Below, in pieces: positions 37,648 through 47,662 of a DNA stretch of 64,000 bases. The stretch spans positions 2,016-66,015 of the forward strand of contig CAYWKB010000002.1 of assembly GCA_964459225.1 (NCBI GenBank), given 5' to 3'. Source of the DNA: an uncultured Candidatus Saccharibacteria bacterium. Lineage in GTDB: Bacteria > Patescibacteriota > Minisyncoccia > Phycocordibacterales > PALSA-1337. Below the pieces are notes generated by a model, which ran no database searches, was not told where the DNA came from, and worked only from the letters and a program-made list of their open reading frames with translations. A program made the translations under genes and the position numbers. Numbering within the stretch: position 1 is the stretch's first letter; each line of letters opens with the position of its first letter.

Positions 37648-38769
37648 TCACTCTATAACAGCTCCACCTAAACATATTTGCCCATCGTAAAAGACGAGAG
37701 ATTGACCGCTTGAAATAGTGTATTGTGGTTCAGAAAATACTACCGTATTTGAATCAATAAAAGTTATTTCTTGTAATTTTTCCCTATATCTTGATCTTGC
37801 CATTAATTTTTTATTTATTATTTCTTGTCCTGTATTCCAATTTATATTTTTGAGTTTTATTTTACTATTTCCATTTGGCAATACTCCATCTGTATTTTTA
37901 TTTGCAACTGTTATTGTATTTTTATTTATATTCTTTGAGATTACATAATATGGTAAATCATTAGGAGTTTTGTTAAAAATATTAAATCCATGTCTTTCAC
38001 CTATGGTATAGAAAAATGCACCATCATGTTCCCCTATTATTTCATTCTTATCATTTAATACATCTCCCTTTTTTGATTCAATATATTTAGAAAGAAAATC
38101 CTTAATATCTATTTTACCGATAAAACATAATCCCTGACTATCCTTTTTATCTGCATTTGGTAAATTATATTTTTTTGCAATTTTCCTAACTTCTGGCTTT
38201 TCAATATTACCCACAGGGAAAAGTGTTTTACTTAATTGTTCCTGAGTTAATGTCCATAGGAAATATGATTGATCTTTGTTTTGATCTGAACCAGCTATCA
38301 AATGGTATTTATCATTTATTTTATTGATTGATGCATAATGCCCTGTCGCTACATAGTCAGCACCATTTTTAATTGCCCAATCAAAAAATCCGCCAAATTT
38401 AACATATCTATTACACATAACGTCGGGATTTGGCGTCTTTCCATTTTTATATTCTGATATCATATAATCCACAACTTCTTTTTTATATGTATCTTCTAAA
38501 TCAAGGGTTATAAAAGGTATATCAAGTTTTGCCGCTGCTCTCATAGCATCAAGCCTATCTTCCTTCCATGTACAGTTAATCCAATCAGGTTGCCAAACCT
38601 TTATAAACACACCAGTAACATAATATCCCTGATTTTTAAGCAGTAATGCAGATGTGGAGCTATCAACACCACCCGACATACCCACATATACCTTTTTGCC
38701 TTTATTATTTAACATAAGTATTTGACTATTGTTGTATTTCAATATATAACCAAAATGACATTTGGGCAA
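37648..38769 (-). CDS. mnmA: tRNA-specific 2-thiouridylase MnmA (likely start MLNNK at about 38715)
   Basis: PP-loop VGMSGGVDSS and the MnmA C-terminal domains. Confidence 0.85.
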   Translation of the reverse strand: MPKCHFGYILKYNNSQILMLNNKGKKVYVGMSGGVDSSTSALLLKNQGYYVTGVFIKVWQPDWINCTWKEDRLDAMRAAAKLDIPFITLDLEDTYKKEVVDYMISEYKNGKTPNPDVMCNRYVKFGGFFDWAIKNGADYVATGHYASINKINDKYHLIAGSDQNKDQSYFLWTLTQEQLSKTLFPVGNIEKPEVRKIAKKYNLPNADKKDSQGLCFIGKIDIKDFLSKYIESKKGDVLNDKNEIIGEHDGAFFYTIGERHGFNIFNKTPNDLPYYVISKNINKNTITVANKNTDGVLPNGNSKIKLKNINWNTGQEIINKKLMARSRYREKLQEITFIDSNTVVFSEPQYTISSGQSLVFYDGQICLGGAVIE

Positions 38770-38851
38770 TACTATTTCAAAATATCAATAAAAAGATATT
38801 TGACATACAGGGTCATATGGTGTATAAATATAACAGTAGCACATTCATGTT

Positions 38852-39253
38852 ATGACAAACGCGATAATCGCAGTAGTGCTTTTGGTCGCCTTTATGGCGC
38901 CATATTACAGCACTTCAAGGGAGCAAAGAAGGAAACCATACTTCTTCGCTCACCTTTCGGTGTGGTTGATCTTTACAATCACATTTATCACGCTCAACAA
39001 TGACAGAAAAGTCCAATCGTTGGACTTTCACACTGTACCAAACGGTGTATTTAGTGTCCAAAGGGTCGAAAAGGCCTTCATGGAACATTTATACACAATT
39101 GAAGTGGGCGGAACAAACACATTGCTGAGCCTAGACTCTGCAACGTACTCACAAATTGAAAAAGGTGGAGTCCCCCCATCTAAAATACGGGTAATCGGCA
39201 AAGGCCATATGAGGGAAATCCTCTCCGCCGAAAACTTACTCACCAAGAAGTGA
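38852..39253 (+). CDS. Hypothetical membrane protein (133 aa) in a GC-elevated patch of about 450 bp with its own terminator
   Basis: Two N-terminal TM helices. GC is well above the flanks. The terminator is ccccgc-aaccaaaagt-cgcgggg plus a T-run at 39272-39300. Confidence 0.4.
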   Translation: MTNAIIAVVLLVAFMAPYYSTSREQRRKPYFFAHLSVWLIFTITFITLNNDRKVQSLDFHTVPNGVFSVQRVEKAFMEHLYTIEVGGTNTLLSLDSATYSQIEKGGVPPSKIRVIGKGHMREILSAENLLTKK

Positions 39254-39304
39254 GCTTAATTTCAAAAAAAACAAACCCCGCAACCAAAAGTCGCGGGGCC
39301 TTTT

Positions 39305-40270
39305 TTATTTCAATTTATCAATATATTTATTTTTATTTTCTAAATGCTTTGAGTATGTATTTGCGTATCTCATTACTCCATCTGTACCTGATAGGTAAAA
39401 ATAGTAGCTTGATTTTACTGGTTTTAATGCAGCGTCAATTGAATCAATACTAGGATTACTTATCGGTCCCTTGGGTAATCCATCATATAAATATGTATTG
39501 TATGGAGAGTCAATTTTTAAATCCTTAAACGTAAAATTAGTTGCCCTACCTGTAATATAGTAAAAAGGTGCATCGACTTGTAATTTCATTTTTTCATTCA
39601 GTCTTTTCCATAATATGCCCGATACCATTCTTCTTTCGTTATAGTCATTTGTTTCTTTTTCTATTATAGATGCCATAGTAATAATTTCATCTAATGATTT
39701 ATTACTTTTATTTATTTCCTCTTTTAATTTATCTATTTTATTATCAAAATTATCTAGCATTGTATTTATAATTTCTTCAGATTTTACATTTGCATAAAAA
39801 TCATACGTATCAGGATATAAATATCCCTCATGTCTCTTTGCTAAAGAAAGAAATCTGGGAGCATTAAAATCAGGCAGGACTCTTAATAAAATATATGCCA
39901 TATCAAATGTATTTGTGCCTGGGGGAATAGTTATTCTGACTTTTGGTTGATCTTGATATCCCTTAATCATTCTATACAAAATATGTATTAGTCCTTGTTT
40001 ATCGGTAAATCTATAATCTCCTGCATGTATGCCATTTTTACCAGATAAAAAGACAGCCAGAAGTTTAAATGTGAATGCTGAAGAAATTACATTTTTCTTA
40101 TACATTTTATCCGCTATCTTAGATACACCATCACCCCTTTCAACATGAATATTAAATACTCCCTTAGGGAATTGTTTTGGCGGAGTATTAGCAACAACCA
40201 ACATAAAGAAAAATGTCAGTGAAAAAAACAATATTAGACTTAAGGCAAAATATTTTTTGAAAAAATTCAT
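39305..40270 (-). CDS. mltG: Endolytic murein transglycosylase MltG (YceG family)
   Basis: N-terminal TM, YceG-like domain with a conserved Glu region (IIEKET) and C-terminal YYFY..G.DG. Confidence 0.7.
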   Translation of the reverse strand: MNFFKKYFALSLILFFSLTFFFMLVVANTPPKQFPKGVFNIHVERGDGVSKIADKMYKKNVISSAFTFKLLAVFLSGKNGIHAGDYRFTDKQGLIHILYRMIKGYQDQPKVRITIPPGTNTFDMAYILLRVLPDFNAPRFLSLAKRHEGYLYPDTYDFYANVKSEEIINTMLDNFDNKIDKLKEEINKSNKSLDEIITMASIIEKETNDYNERRMVSGILWKRLNEKMKLQVDAPFYYITGRATNFTFKDLKIDSPYNTYLYDGLPKGPISNPSIDSIDAALKPVKSSYYFYLSGTDGVMRYANTYSKHLENKNKYIDKLK

Positions 40271-40285
40271 ATCTGTATTTCAGTA

Positions 40286-41563
40286 TTAAATAGGTAAATT
40301 TGCAGGAGCCTGACTCTTTTTTGATGCTACTCTGTCTAAGTTTGGAGTTCCAGCTACAGCACCTGGGAAATGGAATATTGTAGCAAGCTCCTCTGAATTT
40401 AATACAAATGGAGTTTCTTCTACTGGTTCATAAAAATACATTCTACGCTTATATGCATTTAGTGCCTCACCACGCATTTTGTTTTGTCTATAATCCTTAA
40501 AGTCCTGCCATGGATAACTAAATGAAGGACTGTATTTATCACCGTTTGGTTTAAAGCCGTTTAGATTTTCTGATCCAAATTGTTTGAAACTTCCCAAAAT
40601 CTTTCCAGCATTTGAACCATCAAATACATCTTTTTTGGCTATATACAATGCACGTATACCCACATCAAAGGGTAACTTTGTAATACTCCTTTCAAGTGCC
40701 TCAACAATACTTTGTTCTCCCTTTGAAATTGTTGGTAATTTACTAAATCCAGTTTCTTCATCCTTCATTCCTGAGACTTTTGTTTTTGGATCACGCATCA
40801 ATATCTTATCTATTTCCTCCTTTGCTTCATCAATCCATTTATCAGTTGTCTTCCATAAATGTCCTGCTTTTATTTGCTCCTTTTTATGTGCTCTTATTAT
40901 TATTTGTATCCAAGTTTGCTGATTATTACCAACACTTCCCAAATATTCAATTAAAGGTGTTAATGGATCTACCTTAAATTCCTCTTTTGGATCTTTATCA
41001 AGCCCATAGTCAACATAAGTTTTAATTGGATATGGATCTGGCTTAGTTAACATCATTTGTACAGCAAAAATATTATTTTCTTTTGGATCAAAATGAACAT
41101 CTTTTGTATAGTCTGGAACTACGGTTATTTCTATTCCTGGAAACTGAGCATACATACTTGTTTCGATAAAGCTTCGTTGTGAATCTCTAGTCCAAATAAA
41201 AAACTTAACCTGACCATTAATTGAAACCATTTCAAGTGAAAACCATGGTCTAGTCTTACCCAACCAGTATTTATCATACCAAGTACCCTCACCACCAGTT
41301 TGATGAAGTGAAGTTAAAAACAATTCCATAGCATGAGGCGATCTAAAATGATCTTTTGGAATTTTAATTTCAATAAGTGAAGTCTTTTGACTTAAGAAAA
41401 AACTAGACCTAACATAATTGACCCATAATGGCCAAAATATAAGTAGTAAAATAAAACATAATATTACAGGAGAAGCAGCTATTATGATTTGTACGACATT
41501 ATTACTAACATCACCGGTTGCGATTTTGACTATTTCGATATAGATATCACTTAAACTCATCAT
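40286..41563 (-). CDS. Hypothetical membrane-anchored protein (425 aa)
   Basis: N-terminal TM region and a large soluble domain. No family recognised. Confidence 0.45.
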   Translation of the reverse strand: MMSLSDIYIEIVKIATGDVSNNVVQIIIAASPVILCFILLLIFWPLWVNYVRSSFFLSQKTSLIEIKIPKDHFRSPHAMELFLTSLHQTGGEGTWYDKYWLGKTRPWFSLEMVSINGQVKFFIWTRDSQRSFIETSMYAQFPGIEITVVPDYTKDVHFDPKENNIFAVQMMLTKPDPYPIKTYVDYGLDKDPKEEFKVDPLTPLIEYLGSVGNNQQTWIQIIIRAHKKEQIKAGHLWKTTDKWIDEAKEEIDKILMRDPKTKVSGMKDEETGFSKLPTISKGEQSIVEALERSITKLPFDVGIRALYIAKKDVFDGSNAGKILGSFKQFGSENLNGFKPNGDKYSPSFSYPWQDFKDYRQNKMRGEALNAYKRRMYFYEPVEETPFVLNSEELATIFHFPGAVAGTPNLDRVASKKSQAPANLPI

Positions 41564-41593
41564 GTTATAAATTATTATAACATGAGTTATGTA

Positions 41594-42640
41594 TTATGCC
41601 TCAACCTTGACTTCGATTAGTTCGTATTTACCGTCTTTATTTTTCTTAAAATGCTTTTGGTTTTGGAGATTAACCATAATAGTATTTTCCTTTACATATC
41701 TTTCCTTCATAACCTTATCGATTATTTCTTCTTTTGTAAGAGGTCCATACTTTTCTAGAATATTTTTGATAACATCTTTAACAACTCCAGACATATAACC
41801 CCATTCACGAAGTGCATATAATCCACGTCCAACAAGTACAAATCTCTTGTCTTTGATAAGTTCATTATGTGTTGTAGCGATATGTGCCTTTTTCTTAAAT
41901 ACTTGAGTTATTTGTTTTGCAACTTCTTTAAAGTGTATTGGTGAACCATGCTTTCTTATTACTAGAAAGGCGTAATCTCTCATACCCTTAGTCTTTATAT
42001 TTGGTGAATGTGCAACTCCCCACTCTCCTATTGCATTTTTACCTAAATTTTTAGAAAGTGATAACCATCTTTTAACAATTTCTTGATTTTTATATTTTTC
42101 TGAAACATTCTCAAGATGTCCTAGGAATTTACTTACTATTTCTGATTCAACTAACAAATCATCATCAGAAAGACCTCCGTATAGTTTGCGTAGCGAATCT
42201 TCGACTTGCTTTGCAAGATCTTCATTTACATGCCATCTGTGCTTGAATTCGTCATCCTCCTTTCTCTTTTTAAATACATCTCCAATAACCAAAACAAAGT
42301 GTATATGGTTTTGTAATGACTGATCCTTTGCCATATGACCTAGGAAATCTTCTTCAACGACTATTCCTCCTAGACTATGTAGTAATCCCTCAATTTCAGT
42401 AAATACTGCCTTTTCAGCTTTATAAGCATCTGACTTTCTTATATTTGTTAATGCGTAGTTTTCGATTTGGCGAACTCTCTCACGAGTAATACCATATAGT
42501 TTACCTATAGCATCTAGTGTCATTTTTTCGGTATCTTTACCTAGACCATATCTTTTAACCAATACCTCGCGAGCGCGATCTGGTAATGTAGCAAGTAGTC
42601 TTTTTGTTGTTTGTTTTGGTTTAAATTGATATGTTGCCAT
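41594..42640 (-). CDS. Protein with an N-terminal sigma-70 region-4-like HTH domain and an uncharacterised C-terminal domain
   Basis: LPDRAREVLVKRYGL...TLDAIGKLYGITRERVRQIENYAL is a region-4 HTH. No regions 2 or 3. Confidence 0.5.
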   Translation of the reverse strand: MATYQFKPKQTTKRLLATLPDRAREVLVKRYGLGKDTEKMTLDAIGKLYGITRERVRQIENYALTNIRKSDAYKAEKAVFTEIEGLLHSLGGIVVEEDFLGHMAKDQSLQNHIHFVLVIGDVFKKRKEDDEFKHRWHVNEDLAKQVEDSLRKLYGGLSDDDLLVESEIVSKFLGHLENVSEKYKNQEIVKRWLSLSKNLGKNAIGEWGVAHSPNIKTKGMRDYAFLVIRKHGSPIHFKEVAKQITQVFKKKAHIATTHNELIKDKRFVLVGRGLYALREWGYMSGVVKDVIKNILEKYGPLTKEEIIDKVMKERYVKENTIMVNLQNQKHFKKNKDGKYELIEVKVEA

Positions 42641-42706
42641 GCAAATTGTTTATTAATGTTTAATCATACTACATTATCATTGTTATAATGTCAAACCCAC
42701 CATCTT

Positions 42707-45568
42707 TTACAATACAATATTTATAACTTTATTCTTTATTACTATCACTTTTTTAATCTCTTGTCCACTAATCCATTTTTGTATTTCAGGCTTATTGATA
42801 GCCATATTTTCGACTTCCTTATCATTTAGATCGGGCACAGTTTCCATAGTGCCTCTGACCTTTCCATTTATCTGTATCACCATCTTTACCTTATCTGTTT
42901 TATTGACATTTTCACTAAAATCGGGCCACTTAATCTCATGTATGCTATTTGTATTACCTAACACTTCCCATAATTCTTCTGTTATATGTGGCGCAAAAGG
43001 TGAAAGAAGTTTTATAAATATCTCATAATTTTCTTTTGAAATATTTTTTTGTTTTTCAAATTCATTTAACATTATCATCAAACTACTTATCGCTGTATTG
43101 AATTTCATTTCCTCAATATCATCGCCAACCTTTTTAATTGTTTTATTTAATAGCTCATTAAATGAATTTTCAGAATCTGAATTTATTTTTTCTTTTAATT
43201 TCCAAACTCTTTCCAAAAATCTTCTAGACCCCGCTATAGCATTTGAATCCCAAGCAATTGGTTGATCAAATGGACCCATAAACATTTCATGAACTCTTAA
43301 TGTATCCGCACCCACCTTTTCAATTATTTCGTCTGGATTAACGACATTTCCTTTTGACTTAGACATCTTTTCACCACTACCTGCCAATATAAGCCCATGT
43401 GAGGTGCGTTTTTTGTATGGTTCACTTGTTGGAACAAGCTTAATATCATAAAGGAATTTATGCCAAAATCTTGAGTACAAGAGGTGTAGAGTTGTATGCT
43501 CCATTCCACCGTTATACCAATCAACTTGATTCCAGTATTTTATACTTTCTTCACTGAAAATTCTTTCATCATTATGCGCGTCCATATATCTCAAATAATA
43601 CCAGCTAGATCCTGCCCAATTTGGCATTGTATCTGTTTCCCTTTTTGCATCTCCTCCGCATTTTGGACACTTAGTATTTACCCAATCTGGAATACTAGAT
43701 AATGGAGATTCACCATTATCAGTTGGCTTGTAGTTAGGAACTTCAGGTAACTCTAATGGTAATTCCTTTTCTGGAATTGGGACAATTCCACATCTGTCAC
43801 AGTGAACTACAGGTATAGGCTCTCCCCAATATCTTTGACGAGAAAATATCCAATCACGGAGTTTGAAGTTTGTGACCCATTTACCATTCACAAAACTTGT
43901 AATTTCCTTTTTTATTTCTTCTGAATTTTTACCATCAAATTTATCTGAGTTAATTATTTTACCCTCACCGAAATAACAATAGTTACCAGTAATTAACCTG
44001 TTCCAAAATAAATATAAATATCTTTGATCACCACCGTTTAGTGGGGCGGATTTTATAAAATTTAAAACTTCTTCTTTAGGAATCCATTTTATTTCGTGCT
44101 TAGAGTTTTCATCGGCATTTATTTCATCCTTATCACCATTTTGTAACTCATAATATAGTCCATAACCTTCAATATTCTGATTTCTGTCCTTATGTGGAGC
44201 ATAAAAACTTGAAAAGTATTTTTCACCTAATTGCTTTATAAATTTAATATTTTTGTAACCCGTCTCTTCTTGTATTTCTCTTATCCCACCCATCTCAGGT
44301 GATTCACCCTCTTCTATACCACCTGTTACAAAAGTCTTCCATTTATTTACTTTCCAATCCAAACAAATATATTTATCTTCTGACCAATGTTTTACTATTG
44401 ATATTGCAACCTTCCTATCTACAGTCTTTGCATTATCTCTAATCTTGCATTCATCACTTATATCAATATAGTGTGGTGCAACCACATTTATAATCTCTAG
44501 ACTGTATTTTTTTGCAAAATCCCAATCTCTTTCATCATGTGCTGGCACTGCCATTACTGCTCCAGTACCATATTCAGATAATACATAATCAGCAATCCAA
44601 ATAGGGATTTCTTTATTATTTGCTGGATTAATTGCCTTTATACCCTTCAATTCAATTCCGGTCTTTTCTGATTTTGAATCTGTTCTTTCTATTTCAGTTT
44701 TACTTTTAACTTCTTGTATGTATTTTTTAACTTCATCTAAATTTTTGATTTTATCGCCAAATTCATTTAATATTTTATTTTCTGGAGACAATACCAAATA
44801 GGTTACACCGAATATTGTATCTGGTCTTGTTGTAAAAACTTTTATATTTTTATCGCTATTTAAGATATTGAAAGAAATCTCCGCCCCCTCACTCTTTCCT
44901 ATCCAATTTCTTTGTTGTATTTTTATTTTTTCTAAAAATTCAGTATCATCTAAATCTTTATCCAATCTTTCTGCGTATTTTGTAATTGCCAACATCCACT
45001 GTTCCTTTTCCCTTTTTTCTACTTTTGTACCACATCTTTCACAACATCCATTTACGACTTCTTCATTTGCAAGACCTATTAAGTCTTTTGGACACCAATT
45101 TATTGTCATCTTTTTCTTGTATGCAAGACCTGCTTCTAACATTTTCAAAAATATCCATTGTGTCCATTTATAATATTTCGGATCTGTTGTATTAATTTCT
45201 CTATCCCAATCAAATGAAAAACCTAAAGACTTTAATTGCCTTCTAAATGTATCTGTATTTTGTTTTGTCACTATCTTTGGTGAAATACCAGTCTTAATTG
45301 CATAGTTTTCGGTTGGCAATCCGAAAGCATCCCAACCTATTGGATATAACACATTGTAACCCTCGGCTCTGCGCTTGCGAGATATTATATCCATTGCAGT
45401 ATTGCTCCTTATATGTCCAACATGCAAACCATTTCCTGATGGATATGGGAATTCTATTAGTGAATAGAACTTTTTTTTATTTTTATCCTCAGTTGCTTTA
45501 TTTGGCTTTGTTTCTTCCCATATCTTCTGCCATTTATCCTCTATTTTTTTATGATCATAATTATTCAT
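42707..45568 (-). CDS. leuS: Leucyl-tRNA synthetase carrying an inserted NUDIX hydrolase domain (ORF track start 45631; MNNYDHKK at 45568 is the likely start)
   Basis: HVGH (HIGH), CP1 editing TTRPDT, KMSKS and an anticodon-binding C-terminus. The NUDIX box GGIEEGESPEMGGIREIQEETGY sits at about aa 438-459 of the ORF, within an insertion of about 150 aa (nt about 43990-44434). Confidence 0.9.
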   Translation of the reverse strand: MNNYDHKKIEDKWQKIWEETKPNKATEDKNKKKFYSLIEFPYPSGNGLHVGHIRSNTAMDIISRKRRAEGYNVLYPIGWDAFGLPTENYAIKTGISPKIVTKQNTDTFRRQLKSLGFSFDWDREINTTDPKYYKWTQWIFLKMLEAGLAYKKKMTINWCPKDLIGLANEEVVNGCCERCGTKVEKREKEQWMLAITKYAERLDKDLDDTEFLEKIKIQQRNWIGKSEGAEISFNILNSDKNIKVFTTRPDTIFGVTYLVLSPENKILNEFGDKIKNLDEVKKYIQEVKSKTEIERTDSKSEKTGIELKGIKAINPANNKEIPIWIADYVLSEYGTGAVMAVPAHDERDWDFAKKYSLEIINVVAPHYIDISDECKIRDNAKTVDRKVAISIVKHWSEDKYICLDWKVNKWKTFVTGGIEEGESPEMGGIREIQEETGYKNIKFIKQLGEKYFSSFYAPHKDRNQNIEGYGLYYELQNGDKDEINADENSKHEIKWIPKEEVLNFIKSAPLNGGDQRYLYLFWNRLITGNYCYFGEGKIINSDKFDGKNSEEIKKEITSFVNGKWVTNFKLRDWIFSRQRYWGEPIPVVHCDRCGIVPIPEKELPLELPEVPNYKPTDNGESPLSSIPDWVNTKCPKCGGDAKRETDTMPNWAGSSWYYLRYMDAHNDERIFSEESIKYWNQVDWYNGGMEHTTLHLLYSRFWHKFLYDIKLVPTSEPYKKRTSHGLILAGSGEKMSKSKGNVVNPDEIIEKVGADTLRVHEMFMGPFDQPIAWDSNAIAGSRRFLERVWKLKEKINSDSENSFNELLNKTIKKVGDDIEEMKFNTAISSLMIMLNEFEKQKNISKENYEIFIKLLSPFAPHITEELWEVLGNTNSIHEIKWPDFSENVNKTDKVKMVIQINGKVRGTMETVPDLNDKEVENMAINKPEIQKWISGQEIKKVIVIKNKVINIVL

Positions 45569-45587
45569 GTGTAATGATAATACAATA

Positions 45588-47612
45588 TTATTTATTAATT
45601 GTGAATTTCTTTTTAATTGCAAGTATCTCATCTCTTATGAGGGCTGCGGTTTCAAAGTCTAATTCCTTTACCGCCTCTTCCATCGCCTTTTCTTTTTCTT
45701 TTATAAACTTTTCTGAATTGTTTTTTGCTAACTCCTCATCTATCCTTACCAATTCATTTACGGCTTTATCATGATCGCTACGCAGTTCATCTGTTATATC
45801 CTGTATTTTCTTTATAATTGTCTTTGGAGTAATTCCATTCTTTTTATTATATTCTATTTGTATATTTCTTCTTCTTTCTGTTTCTCTTATTGCATATTCT
45901 AATGTCTCATTCATTTTATCTGCATAAAGTATTACTCTACCATTTATATTTCTTGCTGCACGACCTATTATTTGTATAAGTGATGTTTCAGAACGCAAAA
46001 ATCCTGCTTTATCTGCATCCAGTATTCCAATTAGGGATACTTCTGGTAAATCTAGTCCTTCGCGCAGGAGATTAACTCCAACAAGCACATCGAATTTACC
46101 TTTTCTAAAATCAGTGAGTATTGTTATTCTATCTATTGTCTTTATATCACTATGCAAATATTCTGATTTAATTCCTTTTTCTTTCAAAAATTCACTCAAA
46201 TCTTCCGCCATCTTTTTGGTTAATGTTGTAGCTATTACTCTATCCCCTTTTTTAATTACTTTTTCTGCTTCTTCAATAAAATCAAAAATCTGGCTTTTAT
46301 TTTTACCTTTAACTTCTGCAACTGGATGAACATCTATAACTGGATCAATAAGTCCTGTTGGGCGTATTATTTGCTCAATTATCTGATCACTATTTTCTTT
46401 TTCAAATTTACCTGGTGTTGCTGTAGTGTATATAACTTGATTTACCGCATTTTCAAATTCCTCAAATTTCATAGGTCTATTATCCCTCGCTGATGGAAGT
46501 CTAAAACCAAAATCAATAAGTGTCTTTTTCCTCGATGCATCTCCTGCATACATACCGCCAAGTTGAGGAACTGTAACATGCGATTCATCAATAACAGTCA
46601 AAAAATCTGGTGTACCATCTGCTTTATGTGGAAAATATGACAAAAGTGAATCAGGCGCCTCACCTGCTTTTTTACCTGAAAAATGCCTTGAATAGTTTTC
46701 GATTCCATTACAATATCCAACCTCACGTATTAATGCCAAATCATATTTCACTCTTCTCTTTAATCTTTCTGCCTCCAGATTTTTCCCTTCCTTTTCTAAT
46801 TCTTTTAATCTCTGTTCTAATTCTTTTTTTATACTTTCAAATGCTTTTTTTGATTGTTCTTCTGTACTTATGAAATGTTTTGCAGGAAAAAGAAAAACAC
46901 TTTCATGATCTGCTTTAATATTCATTGTGACAGGATCAAGCTCTATAATATTTGAAATAATATTTCCATCATATTGAATACGATAAACAGTTTTATCATT
47001 CACTGGCATAATCTCAACCATATTTCCTATAGCTCGGAATTGGCCGGCATTTAGATCTGCATTTGTTCTTTCAAAATGAATATCTATAAGTTTTCTAATC
47101 ATTTCATTTCTTGGAATTTCCATTCCTTTTTCAATTTTCAAATTCACCTTTAAATATTCCTCGGGACTTCCAAGACCATAAATACAAGAAACAGATGCAA
47201 CTATTATCACATCTTTCCTTGTTAGTAATGCTTGAGTTGAGGCATGACGTAATCTGTCTATTTCTTCATTTATCATTGCCTCCTTTTCAATATATGTATC
47301 AGTCACTGGCATATATGCCTCAGGTTGATAGTAGTCATAATATGATACAAAATAATGCACGGCATTTTCCTTGAAAAATTCCCTATACTCCTGAGCAAGC
47401 TGTGCAGCGAGAGTTTTGTTATGTGCAATAACTAGAGTGGGTTTACCATGATTTGCAATCACATTTGCCATAGTAAATGTCTTTCCAGATCCGGTAACAC
47501 CAAAAAGGGTTTGTTTTTTGAAACCCTTTTCTAGTCCCGTGGTTAAAGCCTTTATTGCCTTTGGTTGATCCCCTGCCGGACTCATATCCTTTGATAATTT
47601 GAATATAGACAT
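45588..47612 (-). CDS. uvrB: Excinuclease ABC subunit B
   Basis: GVTGSGKTFT Walker A, helicase motifs and a C-terminal UVR domain (DFETAALIRDEI). Confidence 0.95.
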   Translation of the reverse strand: MSIFKLSKDMSPAGDQPKAIKALTTGLEKGFKKQTLFGVTGSGKTFTMANVIANHGKPTLVIAHNKTLAAQLAQEYREFFKENAVHYFVSYYDYYQPEAYMPVTDTYIEKEAMINEEIDRLRHASTQALLTRKDVIIVASVSCIYGLGSPEEYLKVNLKIEKGMEIPRNEMIRKLIDIHFERTNADLNAGQFRAIGNMVEIMPVNDKTVYRIQYDGNIISNIIELDPVTMNIKADHESVFLFPAKHFISTEEQSKKAFESIKKELEQRLKELEKEGKNLEAERLKRRVKYDLALIREVGYCNGIENYSRHFSGKKAGEAPDSLLSYFPHKADGTPDFLTVIDESHVTVPQLGGMYAGDASRKKTLIDFGFRLPSARDNRPMKFEEFENAVNQVIYTTATPGKFEKENSDQIIEQIIRPTGLIDPVIDVHPVAEVKGKNKSQIFDFIEEAEKVIKKGDRVIATTLTKKMAEDLSEFLKEKGIKSEYLHSDIKTIDRITILTDFRKGKFDVLVGVNLLREGLDLPEVSLIGILDADKAGFLRSETSLIQIIGRAARNINGRVILYADKMNETLEYAIRETERRRNIQIEYNKKNGITPKTIIKKIQDITDELRSDHDKAVNELVRIDEELAKNNSEKFIKEKEKAMEEAVKELDFETAALIRDEILAIKKKFTINK

Positions 47613-47662
47613 AGTGTGAATACTATATCATAACTAAAATAGTATAACTATTGTAATTTACA

